From the NCBI GenBank assembly GCA_946965045.2, contig OX337234.1:744001-808000 (forward strand): a stretch of DNA of 64,000 nt. The letters run 5' to 3'. This DNA comes from Epithemia pelagica (taxonomy: Eukaryota; Protista; Bacillariophyta). The position numbers and the translations under genes were made by a program. This document shows, piece after piece, positions 21,501 through 32,793 of this stretch (within the stretch, counting starts at the first letter, position 1; every line of letters starts with the position of its first letter). A model generated the notes under the pieces. That model saw only the letters and a program-made list of their open reading frames with translations. It was not told the DNA's origin and did not search any database.

Positions 21501-22367
21501 GTCATTAATACGCCTTTTGGCAAATTCCGTTACCGTCGCTTACCGATGGGTGTTAAACAGTCTCCTGACTTCTGTCAAGAGATTATGGAAGACGTCCTCA
21601 AGGACTTCAGCGACCATGTTGAAGTCTATATTGACGACATTGGCATCTTCTCCAATTCTTGGGAAGAACATGTGGACATCTTGTCCAAAGTTCTCCAACG
21701 TCTTCAAGACAAAAACTTCTCCATCAACCCTTCCAAATGTGAATGGGCCGTTAAAGAAACGGAATGGCTCGGCCATTGGCTCACGCCCACTGGGATCAAG
21801 CCCTGGAAAAAGAAGATTTCTGCCATCTTGGCATTGGCTCCGCCAAAAACCATGAAAGAACTTCGTTCCTTCATTGGCATGATCAATTTCTATCGCCACA
21901 TGTATCCGCAACGATCTCATATTCTTGCTCCCCTCACATCCATTACGGGTAACAAGACCCTCGTTTGGTCCCCGCAATGTCAACGTGCTTTTGAACAAGC
22001 CAAATCCATGCTCGCACATGATGCCTTCCTTCGGTATCCCGACCATAACCTTCCCTTCCATGTCTATGTGGATGCCTCTGATTACCAGCTTGGTGCGGTA
22101 ATCATGCAACACAACATTCCCGTCGCTTATTACTCTCGCAAGTTAAACCCTGCTCAACGCCACTACACTACTATGGAAAAGGAGTTACTCTCCATTGTCG
22201 AAACCCTTAAGGAGCTCCGCTCCATGCTTCTCGGCTGCGCCGAACTGCACGTCCATACGGACCATAAAAATCTTACCTACGCTACTCTCAACTCGCAACG
22301 GGTCCTCCGTTGGCGGTTGTTCCTCGAGGAGTATAACCCTATCTTTCACTACGTCCCTGGCCAGGAC
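18565..22367 (+). mobile_element. Ty3/gypsy retrotransposon fragment (gag-PR-RT-RNase H; integrase and 3' LTR missing)
   Basis: Protease ALLDSGADKT, RT AAPHFAIPKK and YIDDIGIF, RNase H YVDASDYQLGAV...EKELLSIVE...TDHKNL. Stops at HYVPG, exactly where the integrase region should begin. Confidence 0.9.
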
Positions 22368-22637
22368 TGGGTTTATACCTATTTAAACAATGGCGTCTAC
22401 CGTTGTGGATTCAGTACCTCACAAGTGGCTTACAACGATGCTTCGCGTCTTGTTCGTCAAGGTCTAGAACGAGCAGACGCGATTCTGGCCAAACAACCAT
22501 TTTTGTGTGGATCCACCTTTACCGAAGCCGATCTAAGACTCTTACCAACGATGCTACGCTTCGATGGCAGCAAGGGACGACGAAAGTTGAGGTTTAGATT
22601 TGCCGTCATGGCCATTTCTACGGGAATCGCTTCATAG
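18747..22637 (+). CDS. chimeric ORF: gypsy gag-pol fused in frame to a glutathione-transferase fragment and antisense thioesterase sequence
   Basis: One continuous 1296-aa frame. Its last ~90 aa are not retroviral. Confidence 0.7.
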   Translation: MSTGSSLVSLADVQRFQKRFDQASASDSSSALSTLKLKDDDDDKYYVRLLPFRDGVDEEPSNLFLWVLHFVDKVKISGHPEPFAACCTYFPRVTTSLVADKFHDAFQALPDGADLDEACFKRLIATIFEPKLTVSEVNAFRAHLLSGPRKPPDMNVDIHYHTLQKISNGLRYLSNDNAVQALTDNELKQAFYLGSPVAWRNEFKTANPLVADLVNHFNITDLLHAMRGYQKVSQEKMAANAQSQAKSRNPRDDSTSRGSTKRFRSSNGGRGGLRGGNRQPNGGRQASGDRPVNDGDACPYKDAIPSHANHTWANCIYNPQSSNFNQERFNAFLARTGSGLRTPTGSHPNNGSQNQGRNGQGSRSQGTPSSGGLRPIGSSWGAVPRRPGSGSDQHASEGTNTGDNPPVDPSLAEPLPSVQDAAHRARQRPLADTRDWSSLRNADRTVPGMCSSSFFTSSSPDVSHHLDVLFAQQCHIQTGPPQAMPAENAILRPQFSRSANNCSRSTGVTWISPTSTTCPPLEATTNTFASPCLENCPNPTDAVIADIVDPNNGFLSNLDHYEDVYSSRSVSDIPSLSSPLSVAPSEPPSVPLTILMARSIGGVENTVPLRALLDSGADKTILHARCLQPGMHPRVTNRSVNTTMGTRDHVSEILLEDLVLPEFSRTKHISYPLWADIFDAPTCRYDIIIGRDLLRRLGIVLNFHTGLTTWDSVDVAMRHRDSFATDQTFMSHFIDIFADDSIIGDQFLLDSNYVPTDLQDLIDKQHHLTDAQKQDFLAIWQDCGKIFDGELREYPDRTLHLHLKPDAQPVHHRHFSVPRNIHDTFTKELWRFVDIGILERVGSTEWAAPHFAIPKKDGRIRMISDFRSLNAQLYRRVYPFPRIEDMLRKRKGYIFFTKLDISMCFYTFRLDEESSNLCVINTPFGKFRYRRLPMGVKQSPDFCQEIMEDVLKDFSDHVEVYIDDIGIFSNSWEEHVDILSKVLQRLQDKNFSINPSKCEWAVKETEWLGHWLTPTGIKPWKKKISAILALAPPKTMKELRSFIGMINFYRHMYPQRSHILAPLTSITGNKTLVWSPQCQRAFEQAKSMLAHDAFLRYPDHNLPFHVYVDASDYQLGAVIMQHNIPVAYYSRKLNPAQRHYTTMEKELLSIVETLKELRSMLLGCAELHVHTDHKNLTYATLNSQRVLRWRLFLEEYNPIFHYVPGQDWVYTYLNNGVYRCGFSTSQVAYNDASRLVRQGLERADAILAKQPFLCGSTFTEADLRLLPTMLRFDGSKGRRKLRFRFAVMAISTGIAS
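22365..22568 (+). pseudogene. internal fragment of glutathionyl-hydroquinone reductase (GST Xi/omega-like, YqjG/ECM4 family)
   Basis: DWVYTYLNNGVYRCGFSTSQVAY...FLCGSTFTEADLRLLPTMLRFD matches the family signature (INNGVYxxGF...TEADxRLxxTLxRFD). Confidence 0.85.
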
Positions 22638-23404
22638 GCAAAACCCAACACATCATCCACAAGCAAGGCCGTCACTCCTCCATGGACAATGCCCTCATGA
22701 CCATCCAATTTAGGTCCAAGGCGTACCACGGCTACAACCAATGGAATTTCGGCGGACGTCTTGTTCACTGTTGGCTCCGTACCATGGATTGATCGACGCT
22801 CATCCACGCTTTCCACATGATTGGACGACGGAATGGGCAATGGAGTTGTTTGGTTGCTAGGGTCATGGTACAGACGACAATAGATGCGAAGTTCTTCTAA
22901 ATGACCTGGTTCTCTCATTAATGTCCCATAGACGGCGTGATTTTCCGATTCCGCTCGATTCGGAATTCGCATTTCTTCGAACAACAAGCCATTTTCTCCA
23001 AGAAAGTCAAACTTACGCCGTATGGGTGACTCCAATTCTCCATTGACTGCCAGTGTCTGGGCCAAATGTGCCTTGGTTTGTGCGGTGTCGTTTGCCGGTT
23101 GACATTGTGAGATGTTCAAATTCGGAGATATGCTCGTTCTTTGGGAGCATGGCAGGATTGTCTCGGGGTTGTCTTTGGATGCTTCCATTGACTCGAGAGA
23201 GTCCAAGAGATATCGGCTTCTTCGATTTGTCCGTGCAATTCTAACTGTTGGCGTTCGTGATGGTTGACGTGATGTTTGCGGTTGCCAGCAAGAAACGACC
23301 AAGGTGGTCGTGGAAGTGAACGCAGCCAAGGCGCCCAGTGATATCAATACTTTATGTGTTCGACGGTGATGACAGATCGTACGCAACTGCCCAAGGAACG
23401 ACAT
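22566..23404 (-). pseudogene. hotdog-fold acyl-CoA thioesterase (PaaI/THEM4-like), 3'-truncated
   Basis: GPKLDGHEGIVHGGVTALLVDDVLG...MTANLNLNFRRPL. The frame then runs into the antisense strand of the GST fragment. Confidence 0.8.
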
Positions 23405-24229
23405 GGTCAGAGGTCTGGATTCTGGATTCTGGATCTCATTTTTTCATATCTTCTTGGTGCACGTGCGTCGTACGTCATTGAATCTCGGATCGCCGGTCGA
23501 TGTAATGTCCGGCGTGATGTCATGCCCATGTCCCCATTTATGTAAGGTTAATTATTGGCGTCCGCGATCCGCGAGTCCGACGAAGTTTCCCGCGGTGGCA
23601 TTTTTGAGCTGGGGCCACAAAACGATGAGTTAACCGGACGGACGCTAGAGATTTATTCTACCTACTCCTAGCTTAATGGCGACGGTGCCTTTATCTTCCA
23701 TATATCATGACGATAACTTCAGGACACCTGAAATAGGACGAATGTCTTGATGCCAACATATATCTTGTATCACGACAGCATGACGAAACCACAAGTAATG
23801 GTCATGTTTCATCATCTTGGTGTTCCGTAGTTACATTCTCCAATGGAATGTGATGAGATGAAAAGTTTGAAACTCCTAGAGATATTTTTGTTGCTTACTC
23901 GCTTTTCAGTTTCTATGGTACATAACCAAATAGAACTGGCCCTATTTCAGCGACAGTAGTTCAGTGCATGGAAGTATCAGTCAGAGAACCACGATATGCC
24001 ATTTTTGGTAGTCGTCTAAACAAACCGGAATTTCAAATAAAAGATTTAACGACTGAAACGTATCGAGCATTACGAAAAGTCAGGCTGTAAGAGACCATGA
24101 CATGGAAGCGCACTGACCGCAGATGGTTCAAGCTTTCTTTCTACTATCAAGCTTGCCATTCCTTCGGAAAACGGTGCGTGGGGACCAGCAATATATGATG
24201 ACAATAATAATAACGATTAATGAGTAGAT

Positions 24230-24800
24230 GTGGTGAATATTTGTGCGCGCAAACGAATGTCATCTCTGGAGCTTGTTTGGTTATTGCTCGAGAGAGAGCC
24301 AGAGTCGGTGATGGTGTTAATGGACGGTCAAATTGGGCACTCTTCGACCATTTTTGCTGCGACTAGAGGTCGATCGTTCCAATCCCCGTTGTGCGATACA
24401 AGAGGATCCTGCCGCCGATGATCGGGAGGGACCATTGTAGCTAGCAGTTTTTCTGGAAGCTAGCAAATTCCGACGAGACGAAGAAGAACCATTGTTCAAG
24501 ACATGGTTGGTGGAGCGACTTCGCTGCAACATTACGGCTCGACTTTCTCGACTTTCAGGGGAGGCAGAGGAAGGAATGGTAGATGCCGACAGCGATGGTC
24601 TGGGTGGTCGTTCTCGGCGGGGAGAGGGCGGTGTGGGAGCCTCCTGGGATCGGTAGTTTGGAAGAAAGGGTGGCCTGTACCGACAGAAAGAAGTCGGCGG
24701 CCACACCATCATTCGAGATCCTGGAACTGGTGGATTGGGAAGTGTGTGGTGGCATTGTCCATTTCGTCAATCAGGTCATGCTCCCTCCCAATACTGTAAA
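24230..24800 (+). pseudogene. degenerate fasciclin (FAS1)-domain gene
   Basis: TIFAAT resembles the H1 motif (TxFAPT) and GGIVHFVNQVMLPP resembles the H2 motif. They sit in different frames with stops in between. Confidence 0.45.
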
Positions 24801-25271
24801 GGTAGATCCCTGCAAAACGTTCTGACCTCACAGGGCTTTCAAAACAATAAAAGGTATAATGAAGCGGTCCATTCTTTTGCTTCTTTATTTTGTTTCCCGT
24901 TGCTCTTCTTCTTGTGGTTGTTTGCAATGGGCAAGATGCTTTTGCAAGGCCACGAGGCAATTGGCGGCATGGAGATAGGACGCACAGCCTCATATTGCGC
25001 CCGATGCAATTCCTTTGGTGGCAAAGCTCCCGCCACCAACGACGACACGGGTGGTTGACTCGGACTTTGGTGGTTCCTTCTCTTTTCAGTCAGAACCAGC
25101 ATTGTCCTAGTAGAAGCAGTAGTCTTGTGGTCCGTAGTACCCTTGTTTCGTCGTCGTTGTCGCTATCTGGTTTGTTCGGTAGGAAGCATAGATTCGTCGT
25201 CGTCTTGGTTGGCTTTTACTTCGTCTTCTTTTGGATGCAAGTCTTGAATTTCACCATACTCCATGGTTGGT

Positions 25272-26330
25272 TTATTGTGTAGAAGTAGTTTTCTTCCTGG
25301 TGCGTCTTATTAATGTGTAGAAGTAGTTTTCTTCCTGTTGTTTATTGTTGTTGTCAGCTACGTCGTGTACTGCTACTACTCGCATATCACGTTCGAGTGG
25401 ACCTTCCCATCGTACATTGGATGCGGTACAATAGGATTCCATGGCCACGGGCAATTCCATACTCCATACTGACATGTCGATGACGAGCCTAGGTGTTATC
25501 CCAAAGACAGGAGCCATCTGCTGTTGAGAATCCTGCACCAATTGCAAAACCTGGATCGTTGGAGGTAGATGAGGCACTGTCATTAAGGGTGCAGCAGCTC
25601 CAGTTGTAGAAGCGTTTTTGTCGTCCACCATGGTGTTTCTCTGGATCAACCAATACCAACACGACACTCCGTACCTCGGATCTCGAGGAACATGCTGGAT
25701 AATTGGAGCAACAAGCCGAAAAATTTGCAACATCAAGATTGGAAGGACAAAGAACTGCGATAAGCCAAAATGCTCGATTTGCCCGTCCTTATTGGAGAGG
25801 CCAGGAAACCGAGAAAGACGGCATAGGTGTCTGTGAAGTTCGCTTTTTTCATTCGTCATTTGTCGTATCAGATTCAGCATCACCTGTCGCAATCCAGCAA
25901 CGGACGGACTGCAGGCATTGTGGCATGTCACCGCACGACACGGCAAATATTTCAAATGGGATTCCGTCATGAGTTAGAGCAAGGCTCGTTTCATCTTGAC
26001 CATAATCCAAGTGCAAAGCTTTTAATCTAAATCGAAAGCGGCCAAAAGTTGCCAGTTATTGTTTCCATGCTTCCTTGGCGTCATCTCGTTCTTGCAGCGC
26101 GTCTGGGTTTCCATATGCCAGTTTTTGACCGTGTCGACGACAAAATTAACAACCGACTCGGCTACCGAATCATCCTCTTCGACCAGCTCAAGAATTATTT
26201 GAAAATGACCAGTGCGGCCAACCTAGTCGACTGGACCATGACGGAAGCTCTCCAATCGTGGGGGCCGTTCAGGGGTGAGGAACCATAGGGTCTGCCTTTC
26301 AAAAAGTTTGCAATCGTAGGCATCTTCGTT
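25272..26330 (-). pseudogene. decayed ORF of unknown function
   Basis: The 232-aa ORF continues upstream in frame through two stops (RTGHFQIILELVEEDDSVAESVVNFVVDTVKNWH...*...*LMTESHLKYLP). Most of it is absent from the younger units. Confidence 0.35.
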
Positions 26331-27837
26331 GATCTTCAAAGTTCCATTCTCAATGAACGTCTGTAGCCGACGCAAGTTTGAGTGCGGGAATGGCTTGTCG
26401 ACTTGAATTTCCGGTAATGTTGAGCAAAGCTACTATCAAGACTGCCACAATACCCACCGTCAACAAACAATTTGACAGCCGTCAAAATACATGAGACAAC
26501 AGCATCTCCAATGGGGTAGGACATCCGGGCAAAATGCGTCTGGTCGTGATCGTCTGTGTCTTGACCCCCAAAACCAACCCGGAATGCCCAAGTGAAGTCC
26601 TTGCTATCACACGCAAGAGGTATCTCAATATCATGGTTGAAACCCTTTTCCTCTTAAAGTTCATTGCCTTGTCGCTCGGGTAGGTGCCCGTTAGGACGGC
26701 AACAGCACGCGGAGAGTTGCAAATGTCCAATACCTCAGACCATTACGAGCAAACTCCTGGAAAGGAATTTATCTGCGCCCACAAGATAAATTGATGGCCT
26801 CCCTGATGAAAATTGTGAAAGTCGTCATAGTACTTGGGAGGCAACCAGTCTATTGCCCTGTGAGAGGCGATAGGATGAAATTTGCTGACAATCGTCGAAT
26901 CATCAATGTTGAGATATTGCTGATGAAGGAACAATGAAACTCTTGTCACTGGAATGCCAAAGGCGTGGGGAGCAAACAAGAGGAGCAAAACTGCCAAGCG
27001 TTTTCTGGACCCTGATCGTTGCCCTCATCGCCATCGCTGTATAGATGAGTTCAACAGATAGCGCATCTTTATCCTTGGACTCTGCTGCTTCTGTCATTGT
27101 CGCTTGCATGCTACCTGACTGAATGGGCTTGATGCATACCGTTGCCTTGATTTTTATGCTGTTCAAAACATCAGTCCGTCGTCATCGTCATCGTCAGGGC
27201 TCTACAATAGAGAGTAATCCCCGGCGCGAGACGAGGAGCAGGGCGCATCCCCGACATGACAAATGCCGATCGAGTCCACGCCGGGGGACCCTCCTAAAAG
27301 AGGCCTTCTGACTTCTGTCACACAAGAGTTTCTTTTTACATAATAGGAGTACGACACAGTAGGCTCTACCGGCCTCATGAATAGCAACAAGTCGGTCAAC
27401 ATTTTGTCCAATAAGTGACCCGGGTATGCGTACATAGCAAGTGCTCGTGGCAGCCAGTCAATTGGCCTCCCGATCTGTGGCAACACGTCGTCTACCATGG
27501 GATTTGCCGTCACATTCACCAAGGAAGCAGGGTCAGGAGAAGCATGGATTAAAGCAGGACCCCGAGTCGAGGGGCCAGTTCTTCGTGACCGACCTGTCCT
27601 TGTCCAAACAAGCTAGTATCCATTCCCGGATAGGTGGGACTGAGGCGATTTGAGTAAATGGGCTATTTGATTATGGAAAATGGTGGGAACCTTATCTAAA
27701 GACCCGCATACGTCGAGCCAATTTTTATTTCCATTCCAATGGCCACTCCTTGAAGAGGAGTGCAAGCTGCCTTGTTGCCCCCAGTAGTAGTAGCAGCTAG
27801 TGACCGTACTGACCACTATGAGAAGCTGCTGCTCCTA

Positions 27838-29250
27838 CTAGGAACGAATCCATTCACCTGGTTCTACAGAAATGGCAAAGTAGTCCTTTGAAAGCTGAGG
27901 CTTCTCTTGGCGCTCCGATTGCTCCGTAAGGTTATGCACTCGCATTGGAGCTTCTCCGCCGTTCAAGGGAACCCGAATGGGACTCCCGCTGGTCAAAGAC
28001 CCAAAGATAGGCTCTTCTTCAAATCTGATAAGCTCGCATGGACTAAAACAAACAGTTTCCTCGATTCCATAAAGACGTGGAATTCCCATTGATTTCAAAG
28101 TAGTGAGACTCACAACAAAGAATGGCTTGTGTTCCCAGGAGTTTTGGATGAGAAACTCTATATCTTCATTCACGAGACGAACGCCCACAACAAGAACGGC
28201 ATGGTTGGGGTTGAGAGACTGTGCGGACTGGTCAGCTTGCCACGGCGCGCGAAACAGTAGCTCGTCGCTGTTGACAAGCTCTTGTGTAACCTTCAATCCC
28301 TCAATCATGAGTGCACCGTTTGTCTGTAGCGCATCTGAGAAAATGTCAAACAGCGTATGAACTTTGCCACAGACAATTTGAAACTCATGGACGACCTTTT
28401 TGTCGGGATTCTGTTCCTTGAGGAGTCTTTTGACATGAGGCTTTAAATGGCCACCGTCGCCACGAAAGATATTGGAAAAGATCTCTTCGGGGGCGAATCT
28501 GTTCCGCATGTACCGCGACACATTGATATGTTTGTACTTTGGCTCTTTTCCCGGAACATCATCCATGGAGCCAGTACTTTTCTTTTTTCGTTGAAGTTCC
28601 CCCAGGTAATAAATGGCATTCGCCACCACGACAGCATAGCAGATCGTTGAGTCTTCTTGCTGGTATCGGAGAAAGGGTTTGACACCTTCATCAAAAATGG
28701 TTACCTTCGTTTCAGATTTTTCGGTACCCCATTCTGGATGGCGTTGAAGAAAGTCTGCATATGCCGACGCACCAACAGAATCACTGGAGACTGTTTCGTC
28801 GCCTCCCTTCCGGACAAAGGCTTCAAGTCGCTTTCCAAATGCAGACTCGGGATCCATTACAGCTTCGATGAGATTTTGGATGTTACAGTTTGGGTCTTTT
28901 TGAATTAGTTCGTGCTGCTTTTTGATCAAGAGAAAGGCCGCCTTGACCTTTTCGATTTCGTTGAGTGTGTTCCATTCACGGTCGTTAGCATGACAATTCC
29001 ATTCGGCTGCTATTTCGTCAATAGGACGCTCCGATAACGTTGCTTGGGGCGGCGCATATTGGTTCTGCTCAAAGAGGTCTCTCACCGTCTTAAGTGGAGT
29101 CGTTGGAAAGCGATTATTTTCCAACAGTTCTTCGTCCTTGTCAGCTTCGGTGGACGCCGTTGCAATTTGTCGCGTGGGAAAGAGATTCTCACCATTGCTG
29201 GAGTCCATATACATAGCAGTCTCGTGATTGTTGGTGGCTTCTTGACTCAT
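27838..29250 (-). CDS. papain-like cysteine peptidase, diverged copy 2
   Basis: ATG at 29250 (MSQEATNNHET), 470 aa. QQEDSTICYA, NHAVLVVG and IQNSWE are intact. Confidence 0.8.
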   Translation of the reverse strand: MSQEATNNHETAMYMDSSNGENLFPTRQIATASTEADKDEELLENNRFPTTPLKTVRDLFEQNQYAPPQATLSERPIDEIAAEWNCHANDREWNTLNEIEKVKAAFLLIKKQHELIQKDPNCNIQNLIEAVMDPESAFGKRLEAFVRKGGDETVSSDSVGASAYADFLQRHPEWGTEKSETKVTIFDEGVKPFLRYQQEDSTICYAVVVANAIYYLGELQRKKKSTGSMDDVPGKEPKYKHINVSRYMRNRFAPEEIFSNIFRGDGGHLKPHVKRLLKEQNPDKKVVHEFQIVCGKVHTLFDIFSDALQTNGALMIEGLKVTQELVNSDELLFRAPWQADQSAQSLNPNHAVLVVGVRLVNEDIEFLIQNSWEHKPFFVVSLTTLKSMGIPRLYGIEETVCFSPCELIRFEEEPIFGSLTSGSPIRVPLNGGEAPMRVHNLTEQSERQEKPQLSKDYFAISVEPGEWIRS

Positions 29251-31318
29251 TGTGAAATACTTTCGGTCCTGATCGAAAAATAAAAGCAAGAACTCGTGGA
29301 CAAAGTTCTACTTGTCTTGTTGCGATTTTGGGAATGTGAGGCGTTTCGCAGTTTTGTTTTCGATCGTGGAGGAGGACGGTTTTGTCCAAAATCCTATTTC
29401 GCCGGGATTAGAAATCTCGAAATCGAACGACGTTCAGACGCGTTTGCGCTCCTGCTTTTGTTGTGCGCCCCACACAAAACGACGATCGATTCGTTTCGGT
29501 GGAACTTATTCCTAGTAGAGGTAGATGCTAGGCGGACCTGACAGGAATTTTCAAAGCAATAAAAGGTATACTGTAGCGGTCCATTCCTTTGCTGTTTTTA
29601 TGTTGTTTCCTGTTCTTCTTCATTTGTGTTTGTTTGCATTGGCCCAGATGCTCTTGCAACTTCACGAGGCAATTGGCGGCCTGGAGATAGGATTGCAAAC
29701 AAACACGAGCCTCTTGTTGCGCCCGATGCAATTCCTTGGGCGGCAAAGCTCCCGCCAACAATTCCAAAGGATCCATCAAGCCATTGGGAGAAAAAGAGGA
29801 AGCCAATGACGACGACGACGACACGGGTGGTTGAGACTCGGACTTGGCGGGTTCTTCCTCTGTTTCAGTCACAACCAACATTATTCCAGGAGTGGTTGTA
29901 GTCTTGTGGTCCGTTGTGCCCTTGTTTCGTCGTCGTTGTCGCAATCCTGTTTGTTCGGTGGGAGCATGGATTCGTCGGCTTGGTTCGCTTCTTCTACTGC
30001 TTCTTCACGATGCAAGTCGGGAATGTCACCATCCGTTTTCGTTTGTTTCGTGGTTCGTTCCGCCTTGGTTACTGTGATTGTGGTTGTTTGAGTGGTGGTC
30101 GTTGGTCCAGATCAAGGAGACATGAGTCGTGGTGGTGCCTGGTGCGTCTTGTTGTGTATTATTCTTGTTGTGATCTGTAGTCGCACATGGAGGCGAGTGG
30201 ACTTTCCCATCGTACATTGGAAGCGGTGCAGTAGGATTCCATGGCCAATAGTGCAGTAGCTGTAACCGAGAAAGACGGCACAGGTGTCGTTGATCTCCAA
30301 AGTTTTTTTCCCAATGAGCGTCTGTAGCCGACGGAAGTTTGAGTGTGGTGATGGCTTATCGACTTGTGCACCCCAAAATACCGTCTTGAAATTCCGGTAA
30401 TGTTGAGCAGAAAGATGTCAAGCCTGCGACAACACCCACAGTCAACAAGCGATTTGACAGGCGTCAAAACACATGAGACAACCGCATCTCCAATGTCGTA
30501 TAAGACATCCGGGCAAAATAATGCGTCTGGTCATGATCGCCTGTGTTTTGACCCTCAAAGCCAACCCGAAATGCCCAGGTATCAAAAGCACTCGGTATCT
30601 TTAAATCATGGTTGAAAGCCTTTTTTCTCTTGAACTTCCTGTGGCCTTGTCGCTCGGGTAGGTGACAGCTACAGTTAGGACGACAACAGCATGCGGAGAG
30701 CTGCAAATGTCCAATACGGTTAGCGTGGAGGCCTCAGAACCATTCTGTGCACACAAAATAGATGGCCTCCCGTTTCAAAATAGTGAAAACCGTCACCTAG
30801 AACGATTCTAATATCACAATTCGAAAATCAGCAACACAACCGATTGGAATACCGCCTTCGTAGACTTGGCCAAACGCGTAGGGGAGCAAACAAGAGGAGC
30901 AAAGCTGCCAAACATTTTGTGGACCCTGATCGTTGCCCTCATCGCTGGATAGATGCTTTGAGCAGATCGTGCATCTTTATTTCGGCACTCTGCTGCTTCT
31001 GTCGTTGTCGCTTGCATATTCCATGACTGAATGGGCTTGATGCATGCTCTCACTCTTTCAGGTGCAACGACCAAAAGGTCTTTGCTGTTCAACGTCAGTC
31101 CGTCGTCTCGGCTTTAGTAATCCAACTGTAACTGTGGGCAATGAGATATTCTTGATTGGAGCAAGGACAATGATCAACAGCAAACGTCGGTCACGCAGTG
31201 ATCATAACGATAGCCCAGGTGCGTTGAAGAAAGATAGTCGGTTTGGAAAGTATTACAAAATGAAGTCTGTTGGTCTATACCTGAAGGAGCCCTTCGCAAT
31301 GTCATGACTCGAGACAGT

Positions 31319-32181
31319 GTAGACCTTGATTGGGAGAAGAACTATGAAGACCACATATCGAAGCCCGCATGTGATTCCATGGATGGTCCTGCCTAAAAGA
31401 TAACGAACGATTCTCAAAGTTAATCTGTAGGTTTACCGGACGGTGCCGCAATTAACGCAATGACAAGGGAAGATGTTGACCCGAGGGCTCTGGAATTAGA
31501 CTGGGACAAGAAATATGAAGCAAAACACTGGAAGAGGAAATCTGTTGGCTTACCCGACGGATGTTGTGATATGAGAGAGCTTGGATTTAGAACGTCAATT
31601 CTAGGCGACAGCGTTGGAGAAAAAGACCAGTGTGCTACAATATTTGGTCAAGTTGGGATGAAAAACGATGAAGAGCTCCTCAAGTTCAGGAAAGATCTAG
31701 AGCATGCGAAAAAAACCAAGTCTGTACTCATGGCAGCGATTTCATCGAAGGCTGAGACACAATAAGATGCTTCAAACAACGGAAAGCCGGATTGATGGCT
31801 GCAAAAGCATCTAAAGGGCAACCCAAAGATGTCAAGCCCTCCGATGGGGAAAATCCGGATTGATGGCAGCGATTGCTGCAAAAAGGTCCCAAAACGACAA
31901 TGACTCTAACGACTAAGGAGGGAGATCTGGATTGATGGTGGCCATTGCTGTCTTGGTGCCGAAGAATGACACCGCAGATGCTAACAATGATGGAGCAGGA
32001 TTGGTTGGCTGCAAATGCCGCCAGAGCGCCATATCATGAGAGCACCAAGAATGACAAAGCGGGATTGATGGCCGCGATTTCCAACAAGGCACCGAAAAAT
32101 ACCAGTAACTCGAATGACAGAGGAGGAAGAGCTGCCTTAGTGGCCACCAAGGGGCCGAAGAATGAAATGTTCCAGTCTTAG
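31319..32181 (+). pseudogene. decayed repeat-containing gene fragment present in every array unit
   Basis: Two LDW(E/D)KxYE motifs and ~7 GLMAAIxxKxPK-like motifs spread across frames with stops and frameshifts. Confidence 0.45.
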
Positions 32182-32793
32182 TTAACCAACTACTTGGAGA
32201 AACTCGTGTTGTAACTCCATCGTTTTGTTCAAAGATAGAGCCACTTGCTATTCACACTATTGTTAGAACTTGACGCAGTAGGCAGTTCCAGTCAAACTGT
32301 GATAGTGGACAGCTACTACCGGCAACAAGAATAGCAACAAGTCGGTCACCATTCGGTCCAACTATAGTGACCTGGGTATGCGTGATTTGCCGATGCTCAT
32401 GGCGGACACTCAATCGGCACGTCGTCCACTACGGGGTTGGGCGTCACATTCACCAAGGAAGCAGGGTCAGGAGAAGCCTGGATTGAAGCCGGACCCCCGA
32501 ATCGAGGTGCCAGTTCTTCGAGATCGACCCTTCCTTGGCCAAGCTAGGATTCAATCAAGCTACCTAGGTAGTATCCATGCCCAGATAGGGGGGATTGAGG
32601 TCTTTTGATTCCTTCATTACAATCGATTTCAGTGTTTTGAGTACATAGGCCAATTTTATTACCGAAATAGTGGGAACTTGATCTAACGACCCGGATACGT
32701 CGAACCAATTTATCATTTTGCGTTCCAACGGCCACTACATGTAGAGAACTGCAATCTGCATTCTTGCCCTCAGTAGAGAAGCTGCTGCTACTA

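Larger units (their letters stand above)
24800..29525. repeat. older diverged copy of the ~4.9-kb tandem unit
   Basis: Blocks 24800-25150, 25380-25450, 26340-27190 and 27360-27840 align with gaps to 34445-34840, 30180-30250, 30290-31100 and 32310-32790. Ends in a peptidase gene in the same relative position. Confidence 0.85.
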
